Below are positions 17,721 through 24,970 of a DNA stretch of 24,970 bases, in pieces. Every line of letters begins with the position of its first letter. Within the stretch, counting starts at the first letter, position 1. Origin of the DNA: Sulfurimonadaceae bacterium (lineage in GTDB: Bacteria > Campylobacterota > Campylobacteria > Campylobacterales > Sulfurimonadaceae); contig JBFEXS010000021.1 in NCBI GenBank assembly GCA_041562555.1, forward strand, positions 1 to 24,970, given 5' to 3'. A program made the position numbers and the translations under genes. The notes beneath the pieces were generated by a model, which saw only the letters and a program-made list of their open reading frames with translations, was not told where the DNA came from and did no database searches.

Positions 17721-19172
17721 TTAACTCCTTGTCGTTAGCTTATGCTCTTTTATTTTTTTGATCATGTTGGAAATAAAAGATATCTTCTTCTCTTCATCTT
17801 CAAGGGAAGATTTTGCATCCAGGTTGAACGCATCCATCTTGGCATCCAGAAAACCTGTATTGAAACTACCGGCTTTGAAGTCTTCGTTTTTCACGATCTC
17901 TCGATGCAACGGGATATTCGTCTTTACCCCGTCAATATTATATTCATCCAGAGCACGTCGTGCTTTTTTGACCGCACCTTCCCAGTCCAATGCCCATACA
18001 ATCAGTTTTCCCATCATCGAGTCGTAACTTGAAGGGATCTCATAACCTTCATACATACACGAATCAATACGTACTCCCGGTCCACCAGGAGTAAGATAGT
18101 TTTTAATCGTACCGCCTGAAGGCATAAAGTTGTTCTGAGGGTCTTCGGTGTTGAGTCTAAACTCGATCGCATACCCACGGAACTTGATCTCTTCTTGCAA
18201 GAACTGCAACCTGTCTCCATCGGCGATCTCGATCATGCGCTGGATAATGTCTACCCCCGAGATCACCTCGGTGACCGGATGTTCCACCTGTACGCGCGTA
18301 TTCATCTCAATGAAGTAGATATTGTCATCCTCATCCAGCAAGAACTCGACCGTACCCACACTCTCGTAACCGAGCCTGAACATCGCCTTTGTCGATACGC
18401 GATAAAGCTCTTTACGCGTCTGCTCGTTCAAACGCGGTGACGGTGCGATCTCAATCACTTTTTGATGACGTCTTTGAATAGAACAATCCCGTTCACCAAG
18501 ATGTACGACATTCCCATAGCTATCCGCAACGATCTGCACCTCGATATGACGCGGGTTCTCAACATATTTTTCAATGAAGACATCCCCTTTGCCGAAATAT
18601 TTGACTGCCTCATTTGTCGCAGAGTCAAACATACTTGAGAACTCTTTGGCTTTTTTGACGATACGCATCCCCCGTCCGCCGCCGCCAAAAGCCGCCTTGA
18701 TGATAACCGGAAACCCGATCTCATTAGCGATCATCTCTCCCTCGGTCTTGTCCGTAATCGGTGTATCGGTTCCTTCCAACACAGGAACCCCGATCTCTTT
18801 CATCGCGACCTTGGATGCCATCTTGTCACCGAAAAGCTCGATATGCTCCGCCTTGGGACCGATAAAGATGATACCGTTATCATGACAAGCACGTGCGAAC
18901 TCTGCACTCTCTGACAAGAAACCATATCCAGGATGGATTGCATCACATCCTGCTTTTTTTGCAATGGAGAGTATCGGTTCATAATCCAAATAAGCCTGCA
19001 CCGGATTTCCCATAATCGGATAACACTCATCGGCCTTTTTGACCCAGACACCGTCCACATCAACTTCAGAAAACACAACAACGCTTTTGATCTCAAGCTC
19101 TTTACATGCTCGAATAATACGTAAGGCGATTTCACCTCTATTGGCGATCAGTACTTTTGAGATTTTGTTCAT
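17721..19172 (-). CDS. Biotin carboxylase subunit (AccC/PycA family)
   Basis: KVLIANRGEIA, HPGYGFLSE, GGGGRGMR, ERDCSIQRRHQK and EMNTRVQVEH motifs. The length (~483 aa) is more PycA-like. Start is 19172 or 19175; Shine-Dalgarno spacing favours 19172. Confidence 0.92.
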   Translation of the reverse strand: MNKISKVLIANRGEIALRIIRACKELEIKSVVVFSEVDVDGVWVKKADECYPIMGNPVQAYLDYEPILSIAKKAGCDAIHPGYGFLSESAEFARACHDNGIIFIGPKAEHIELFGDKMASKVAMKEIGVPVLEGTDTPITDKTEGEMIANEIGFPVIIKAAFGGGGRGMRIVKKAKEFSSMFDSATNEAVKYFGKGDVFIEKYVENPRHIEVQIVADSYGNVVHLGERDCSIQRRHQKVIEIAPSPRLNEQTRKELYRVSTKAMFRLGYESVGTVEFLLDEDDNIYFIEMNTRVQVEHPVTEVISGVDIIQRMIEIADGDRLQFLQEEIKFRGYAIEFRLNTEDPQNNFMPSGGTIKNYLTPGGPGVRIDSCMYEGYEIPSSYDSMMGKLIVWALDWEGAVKKARRALDEYNIDGVKTNIPLHREIVKNEDFKAGSFNTGFLDAKMDAFNLDAKSSLEDEEKKISFISNMIKKIKEHKLTTRS

Positions 19173-19306
19173 CATTTGCTCCTAAAAATTTTAAACAGGA
19201 GAATTCTAGTCTCTTTTAAAAAATAACTCTTCACCGCCTTTGATCTAAATATTATCTATTATTGTCATCTTATTTGACTTTTCATGCTAAAAATAATTTC
19301 TTTTTT

Positions 19307-19315
19307 TGGTATACT
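19307..19315 (+). promoter_or_regulatory. Extended -10 promoter of the AraC gene
   Basis: TGGTATACT, 7 nt before ATG 19323. Confidence 0.55.
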
Positions 19316-19322
19316 TAAGATT

Positions 19323-20201
19323 ATGAAGCGACAGACACTCAATAAAAAGACCAAAATCTCGAACGATATACTCTTTTATATCTACACCCATATCGAAGTG
19401 GATATCAATATGGATGAACTTGCGCAAAGCTTTAATATCAGTAAGTTTTACATGCACAAGATCTTTAAAGAGGTCTTTGGCAGGAATATCTACGAGAGTA
19501 TCAAGTCGATACGACTTCAAAAGGCATCTACACTTTTATTGACCAATAAATATTCCACCATCACGGAGATCGCTTCCTCCTGCGGGTACAGTTCCCAGAC
19601 ATCCTTTATTCGCGTCTTTAAGGAACGTTTTCTCATGACCCCTACCGCCTGGCGTAAAGGAGGATACAAGACCTATTCGCAAACCATTATCGAAGAGTCT
19701 CCTAAAACCAAAGTCTCCAATGCTACCTTTGACACCCTCGAGCCTACCATCGTCAAGATGCCCCAGATGGAAGCATACTACATCCGGCACAAAGGGTATA
19801 ACGATCAGGTCAAGCAGACCTGGCAAAAGATCCAGACCTGGACCTATACCAATCATATCGAGAACTATAAGCATATTGCCCTCTTTCATGACAATCCGAC
19901 TATCACGCATCTGGATGAGTGTCAATATGTGGCCTGTATACAGGTCGATAATGACGATGATATTTCTGAGAATGAGCGTTTACCAAAGTTTAAAATTTCC
20001 GGGGGGACCTTTGCCAAGTTTGATCTGCAAGGGCATGATGGGGATTTTCTGCGTTTTATGCACTGGCTCTATAACGAATGGCTGCCGGAGAGTGAATATG
20101 AGACGACAACCAAGCCACCTTATGCCATCTATAAAAAGAACAAGTATCTTTCAGACGACAAGACATTTGATCTTAGTTTTTATCTCTCAATCAAGTTCTA
20201 G
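19323..20201 (+). CDS. AraC-family transcriptional regulator with GyrI-like effector domain
   Basis: N-terminal double HTH (ITEIASSCGYSSQTSFIRVFKERFLMTP) and C-terminal GyrI-like region (HDNP, WLYNEWLPESEY). Confidence 0.9.
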   Translation: MKRQTLNKKTKISNDILFYIYTHIEVDINMDELAQSFNISKFYMHKIFKEVFGRNIYESIKSIRLQKASTLLLTNKYSTITEIASSCGYSSQTSFIRVFKERFLMTPTAWRKGGYKTYSQTIIEESPKTKVSNATFDTLEPTIVKMPQMEAYYIRHKGYNDQVKQTWQKIQTWTYTNHIENYKHIALFHDNPTITHLDECQYVACIQVDNDDDISENERLPKFKISGGTFAKFDLQGHDGDFLRFMHWLYNEWLPESEYETTTKPPYAIYKKNKYLSDDKTFDLSFYLSIKF

Positions 20202-20217
20202 ATCATACCTTGCGTTC

Positions 20218-20233
20218 AAGGGCAAAAGCCCTT
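20218..20233. terminator. Hairpin between the convergent AraC and cytochrome genes
   Basis: AAGGGC-aaaa-GCCCTT. Confidence 0.5.
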
Positions 20234-20241
20234 CTTGAGGA

Positions 20242-22095
20242 TCAGCGTTTTCTGCCTCTGTTAAACTCATCATCATCCGCAGCATCTTTACATCCTGGAT
20301 CTGCAAGATCGACGAGTCCATCACCATCATTATCCACACCGTCTGAACAGGCTGTCAGCGTTGGTGCGATTTCATTAAACTCATCATTATCATCGGCACT
20401 GCTGCAACCCGGATCGAGCATATCGATCAGACCGTCATTATCATTATCCTGTCCATCGGCGCATGCAGCGACCGGTGGGGTACTCCCGCCGATGACATCG
20501 ACGCTCAAAGAGGTTGCCGCTATCTGTGAGGTTTTCATCGTACTTGCGTCATACATTCCCTTGAATGAACTCGCCTCATCGGAGGCATCCGTAAACAGGT
20601 CTTGTGCGAATGGATACGAAAGTGTCTGATACAGAAGTTCTACATCAACCGTGTAGGTTCCTGTCTCTAATCCGCTTACACGGTAAGTGATCCTATCACC
20701 TCCACCCACAAAATTTATATCCGAATCGGCTGATCCAGATACTTTGACATCATTGGGTGCACTCGCTTTGTCAAATCCTGTCGGCAAGATACGGTTGTCT
20801 TTTTTATACTCCATGGCACGTAGAAGGGTATAAGTCACTTCCCCAAGGTTATTTCCCATGACAGTTTCATAGATCTGTACCTGATCCTGTGAGGTGATCA
20901 GGTCATAATGGGGTTCAAATACACCAGGGTCCACATCCGAATCTGCTCCGACAATACTTCCGTCGGCATTGACACGACCTGATTCAAAAACGATATTACC
21001 GCTGCTGTCACTGACACTGACATGTAAAAAGACACGACGTGACGGGAAACTTGTCGGCAGCTTATGACCTGTTTGTGACGTCACCTGCATCGTGATGTCC
21101 ATCGTGCTATCCTGTACGGACTGATCGATTATCTCTACCCGTCCTGAACTTCGTAACATCTCATCTGTCTTGGCCAGGGTATCTGCAAAATTATTCGAGT
21201 TGACTCCAAGTTCTAACTTGTTATTATTCAAAATATCCAGGAGCGTCTTATTCCCCCCTACAAAGATATGTTGAGCAAACCCATCACGCTTTGTCGTCAG
21301 GTTGTTCGGGCGGGATGCCATGATGACCCCATTCGTACGCTTCATATGACAATCTTGACAACTCTGGGTATCCTTATAAGAGCTATGTTCCCATTCACTA
21401 TAGGGCATCTGTTCAGGGAACTCACTCTCCGGTGTCGTACTCAAAAGGTTCCCGCTGTCATCTACATAAGGTGTTTTAAGGTTATGACAGCTCGCACACA
21501 TCTTTGAATCTTTTATATGTGCACTGTACTGGATAGTGTAATCTACATTATTGATCATCGGTTGTACTCTGAGATTGTCATAAGGGCCATAGATCGTACG
21601 GCTCTCATCAACCTCATACTTCCCGGACATCCCATCTAAGGTTCCCAGTTTTCCATTGTCTTTGACCTGATGACAAAGAGTACAGCTGACCCCGTTCATC
21701 GCCTCATCATGGTGTGAACTCTGAGGGTCCAGGAACCCACCCGCATCGAACAGCTCTATCGCTTCACCGTTAAAATGGGCTTCTGTATTGGCCATAGGCG
21801 CATGACACTTGGTACATTTATCATTGATGACGCTTTCCAACTGGGGATTACGGTTGATCTCAGAGCGCACTTTCGCACGCCATAAAGGGTCTTTCGTTGC
21901 ATTTGCCATCATAGTCGATGACCAGGCCTTTTCAATCGAGACATCATTCCCTGATTCATCAGTGATACCGTTATGACAGGTAGCACAGTTGCCAGACCCG
22001 GAAAAATGATACGAGGTAAACGACGTGTTTTCCGCCATTAGACTTGTTATACCTATACTTAAAAGGATTATCAATCTCTTACAAACATGATGCAT
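20242..22095 (-). CDS. Secreted pentaheme cytochrome c with C-terminal acidic repeats
   Basis: Signal peptide. Five CXXCH motifs (CATCH, CTKCH, CTLCH, CASCH, CQDCH). GHKLPTSFPSRR motif. Shine-Dalgarno GGAG. Confidence 0.88.
   Translation of the reverse strand: MHHVCKRLIILLSIGITSLMAENTSFTSYHFSGSGNCATCHNGITDESGNDVSIEKAWSSTMMANATKDPLWRAKVRSEINRNPQLESVINDKCTKCHAPMANTEAHFNGEAIELFDAGGFLDPQSSHHDEAMNGVSCTLCHQVKDNGKLGTLDGMSGKYEVDESRTIYGPYDNLRVQPMINNVDYTIQYSAHIKDSKMCASCHNLKTPYVDDSGNLLSTTPESEFPEQMPYSEWEHSSYKDTQSCQDCHMKRTNGVIMASRPNNLTTKRDGFAQHIFVGGNKTLLDILNNNKLELGVNSNNFADTLAKTDEMLRSSGRVEIIDQSVQDSTMDITMQVTSQTGHKLPTSFPSRRVFLHVSVSDSSGNIVFESGRVNADGSIVGADSDVDPGVFEPHYDLITSQDQVQIYETVMGNNLGEVTYTLLRAMEYKKDNRILPTGFDKASAPNDVKVSGSADSDINFVGGGDRITYRVSGLETGTYTVDVELLYQTLSYPFAQDLFTDASDEASSFKGMYDASTMKTSQIAATSLSVDVIGGSTPPVAACADGQDNDNDGLIDMLDPGCSSADDNDEFNEIAPTLTACSDGVDNDGDGLVDLADPGCKDAADDDEFNRGRKR
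20260..20466 (-). repeat. Two 31-aa AC.DG.DND.DGL.D..DPGC...D.DEFN repeats
   Basis: ACADGQDNDNDGLIDMLDPGCSSADDNDEFN and ACSDGVDNDGDGLVDLADPGCKDAADDDEFN, separated by 7 aa. Confidence 0.85.
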
Positions 22096-22263
22096 ACACA
22101 GCTCCCAACTATAAAAATTTGTAATAGCTTAACGGAGTAACGTTAAAGAATTGTTGCATGCGATACAACTTTTAATATTATTTTTTGTTATTCTGATCTT
22201 TTCTTGTGTCTATAATGCGATATATTTGATGTATAATTATCTACATTAAAACGGAGATCTATT

Positions 22264-23295
22264 ATGCACATTGGATTTATCATAGAGCATTGGGACAATC
22301 TTGAACCGGTCAAAAGTTCAACCTTGGCAATTATCAAAGAGTGTTTGGCACGAAACCATAAAGTATCCATCCTCTATACTAACAATCTGACAGTTCGAAA
22401 CAATGTCGTACACGGCAGTTGCCTGACGATCAAAAAAATGGATAAGATTCCAGAAAACATCACTACGTTCTATAAGAAAATAGAGTTTGACAAAAAGATG
22501 CTTGCCCTGCATGCCTTCGACTGTATTATGATCCGAAAAGACCCTCCGATCAGCCCCTTGGCCTTCAATTTCCTTGATGCCATCAAAGACGAAGTGGTTA
22601 TTATCAACGATATCGACGGTATCCGTAAAGCAAACAATAAACTCTATACGACCACCTTCCACGATCCTAACAACCTTTTCCTGCCTGTTACCCATGTATC
22701 CGGAAGTAAAACCTATATCAACCGTATCATCGACGAGTCTAATCAGGAGAAGATGATCCTCAAACCTTTAGATGGATCCGGGGGTCGTGGTGTCATCGTT
22801 TTGGAAAAAAACGCACGCTCCAACATCAACTCGCTTCTTGACTTCTATATCGATGATTCCGGGGAGAACTATGTCATCCTTCAGGAGTATATCGAAGGAG
22901 CGGAACATGGTGATGTCCGCGTAATCATGCTCAATGGCAAAGCGATCGGAGCCTATCATCGAAAACCTGCTGTAGGTGAAGTCCGTGCTAATATCCAGGC
23001 CGGTGGAAGTGCCCACAAATATACCCTTACCGAAAGTCAAAAACGCGTATGTAAAAAGATCGGCTCAAAGCTGGTCGCTGACGGACTCTTCTTTGTAGGC
23101 CTGGACATGATCGGTGATAAAATCCTCGAGGTCAACGTGCTCAATCCCGGTGGGATCACCAACATCAATCGTCTTAACAAGGTCAAACTTCATAAGAATG
23201 TCGTGGACTTTCTCGAAGAAAAAGTCGAAGAAAAAGTCGAAAAGCGCATTGAATTGGAATATCTGCTAAAACGCCTAAGCGAGCTTCGTGAATAA
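22264..23295 (+). CDS. gshB: Glutathione synthetase (ATP-grasp)
   Basis: RKDPP, LKPLDGSGGRGV, QEYIEGAEHGDVR, RANIQAGG, FVGLDMIG and EVNVLNPGG motifs. Shine-Dalgarno GGAG. Confidence 0.85.
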   Translation: MHIGFIIEHWDNLEPVKSSTLAIIKECLARNHKVSILYTNNLTVRNNVVHGSCLTIKKMDKIPENITTFYKKIEFDKKMLALHAFDCIMIRKDPPISPLAFNFLDAIKDEVVIINDIDGIRKANNKLYTTTFHDPNNLFLPVTHVSGSKTYINRIIDESNQEKMILKPLDGSGGRGVIVLEKNARSNINSLLDFYIDDSGENYVILQEYIEGAEHGDVRVIMLNGKAIGAYHRKPAVGEVRANIQAGGSAHKYTLTESQKRVCKKIGSKLVADGLFFVGLDMIGDKILEVNVLNPGGITNINRLNKVKLHKNVVDFLEEKVEEKVEKRIELEYLLKRLSELRE

Positions 23296-23523
23296 TAAGC
23301 TTTTATGTAAAGGCTTATAACACCGTCAAAATCCATCGTATTACTTCTGAGCTAGATAGTTCTTCCACCATCTATAAAAGAGATGTGCCTAAAACATATT
23401 CAATGAGCTCATCGACTTCGTAAGAGGATACTCAACTATCCTCTGGAGATACAGCCGTCGTGGGTACTCCTAAAGATCAATATAATAATAAGAACACTAC
23501 AGAGTATTAGATGATGATGTAAG

Positions 23524-23552
23524 TTAAAACCATCCCTCGATATAAGGGATGG
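23524..23552 (-). terminator. Intrinsic terminator of the porin gene
   Basis: Minus strand CCATCCCT-tatatcg-AGGGATGG followed by TTTT, 19 nt after the porin stop. Confidence 0.7.
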
Positions 23553-23571
23553 AAAGGTGTAGTGTCTATGT

Positions 23572-24786
23572 TTAGAAATTATATGTCAGGTAAAGTTGGA
23601 ATGTTGTCAACTCTTCATTTGTCGTATCACCAAACATATCATAGATAAGTGCAAGAGAAGTGTCTAAGGCACCAAATGACTTGCTAGCGGTAAACGTGAT
23701 CTCATCGACCTCAGTCTCTCCTCCGGTAGCAGGCTTGATATCTGCACTCCAGTATCCAAGGAACAGATCCACATCGGCAACAGTACTCTCAGCAGACACA
23801 GTCCAAGTATCAGCCCCTGTTACACTCGCCGTTTGAAACCACCACCAGAACTCTGTATAGAGTGATGACGCAGTACCTGCAGCCTGTCCCGTTGTAGCAA
23901 AGTTATATACACCGCCGTATGAACCTTCATCATCAACTGAAGAATACGCTGCTTTTAGCGTTACCGTATCTTCAATAGCATAACCAACCATCAAGGCATA
24001 GGCAGAGTCATCCGGACCTGTTCCTTCCATATCAATACTTGTGTACTGCGCACCTGCTAGCAGACCGTCCATATCAATATCCGCCTGCAGCCAGTAAGCA
24101 TTAGCAGTATTTGGAAGTTCATAGTACCATGCCTGTGCTGTCAGTGGTTTAACAGAGTTGTTAGTCACACCAATAACAGCAGCACCGTCGCTACCGATAG
24201 TCTTGAATGCCCCGCCTTTAGACATGATACTTGCATCAACCGTTGCAGGATCTTCGACACCTACACCATTTGATTTACCTACCCATGCACCGACCAAAGT
24301 CGTATCCGAGATATCTTCATTGATCAGTAGACCGGCTTCAAAAGTATTGTAATCCAAACTCCATGTCTCTGTAAAAACCAGCGGCGTTTCTAAGGTCTGA
24401 CGACCGACTTTTGCCGTCGTATTCCCCAGCTTGCCTTCCAGCCAGGCTTCAGAAAGCCATTCAGTTGTTTCCAAAGCTCCGCTTTGACTTTCATGTGCAT
24501 TTGACCAAGGCCCTTCCGCAATGCTGTCCTGCATACCCAGGGTAGAGATCACTTGAAACTTCGCACCCCCTTTGACATTTTCCATCAGATCTGCCGTTAC
24601 ACCAAGACTAAATCCAAAGTCAGCATAAGATGCTGCCTTGTCAAACATTTCAGGACTTCCTGTCGTTGAATCACCTTGTGTACCGTAAAAAAGTTTTGCG
24701 TCCCCGCTGACTTCAACATTTTCTGCTGCAAACAGATTTGCTCCAAGTAATAATCCTGCTATCAAACTCATTTTAGTAAACTTCAT
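23572..24786 (-). CDS. Outer-membrane porin (Campylobacterota MOMP/OprD-like)
   Basis: MKFTKMSLIA signal peptide; VSGDAKLFY, KVGRQTLETPL and AQAWYY motifs; C-terminal YNF. Shine-Dalgarno AGGAG before ATG 24786. Confidence 0.85.
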   Translation of the reverse strand: MKFTKMSLIAGLLLGANLFAAENVEVSGDAKLFYGTQGDSTTGSPEMFDKAASYADFGFSLGVTADLMENVKGGAKFQVISTLGMQDSIAEGPWSNAHESQSGALETTEWLSEAWLEGKLGNTTAKVGRQTLETPLVFTETWSLDYNTFEAGLLINEDISDTTLVGAWVGKSNGVGVEDPATVDASIMSKGGAFKTIGSDGAAVIGVTNNSVKPLTAQAWYYELPNTANAYWLQADIDMDGLLAGAQYTSIDMEGTGPDDSAYALMVGYAIEDTVTLKAAYSSVDDEGSYGGVYNFATTGQAAGTASSLYTEFWWWFQTASVTGADTWTVSAESTVADVDLFLGYWSADIKPATGGETEVDEITFTASKSFGALDTSLALIYDMFGDTTNEELTTFQLYLTYNF

Positions 24787-24832
24787 TTTTTCTCCTGAGA
24801 AATATATATAAGTTAAACACAACAAAAATTTA

Positions 24833-24930
24833 TTCTCCCGGGTTTTTATCCCTCCGTGTAACCTTATATATAAAAGGTCGATGACTCTCGGACCAGCACA
24901 GATGATTCTGTCGGAACCCTAGTCATCTAT
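24833..24930 (-). ncRNA. ykkC-yxkD riboswitch, guanidine-I (subtype 1) type
   Basis: Minus strand reads GATGACTAGGGTTCCG-ACAGAatcaTCTGT-GCTGGTCCGAG-AGTCATC-GACCTT...AAGGTT-ACACGGAGGGATAAAAACCCGGGAG. All hallmark ykkC blocks and the P1/P1a/P2/P3 pairings are present. Confidence 0.93.
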
Positions 24931-24970
24931 TGAATGTAAAGAAATGTAAATCTCACATCTAATGTCATGC

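Noticed and set aside
17721..19172. Biotin carboxylase as part of a guanidine/urea carboxylase linked to the riboswitch
   Set aside because: It lacks carboxyltransferase and biotin-carrier domains, no deiminase or allophanate hydrolase genes are in the window, and it is in a separate transcription unit more than 4 kb away.
20210..20629. 139-aa Ser-rich plus-strand ORF
   Set aside because: It is the antisense shadow of the cytochrome's Asp-rich repeats.
23215..23241. 12-nt tandem repeat GAAGAAAAAGTC in gshB
   Set aside because: Only two full copies, in frame (EEKV), in a low-complexity helix.
1..24970. Other short alternate-frame or antisense ORFs; CRISPR, tRNA, rRNA and IS elements
   Set aside because: The short ORFs are nested in well-supported genes and lack motifs. 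No repeat-spacer array, tRNA or rRNA signature, or transposase was seen.

Overview
About 25 kb of a bacterial chromosome, most likely a free-living Campylobacterota (Sulfurimonas/Sulfurovum-like; inferred from gene content, the MOMP-type porin and extended -10 promoters). From left to right it carries: a Cys-rich small-domain protein; a promoter-driven 124-aa leader ORF coupled to btuB; a cobamide salvage and uptake operon (btuB, archaeal-type cobT, cobQ, cobU, cobS, cobC, btuF/D/C); a CopD-like protein; galU; a lipoprotein pair (LPP20-like and CsgG/FlgT-like); a PagP-like beta-barrel; a minus-strand bicarbonate-themed cluster (biotin carboxylase, hypothetical, sbtA, sbtB, purK, purE); an AraC-GyrI regulator; a secreted pentaheme cytochrome c with acidic repeats; gshB; and an outer-membrane porin. 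The three most notable observations are (1) a clear ykkC-yxkD/guanidine-I riboswitch directly upstream of a stand-alone porin, (2) no recognisable cobalamin riboswitch before btuB, where a Cys/His-containing uORF with a GISPP arrest-like motif sits instead, and (3) SbtAB embedded among bicarbonate-consuming ATP-grasp enzymes. No CRISPR array, tRNA, rRNA or mobile element was seen.
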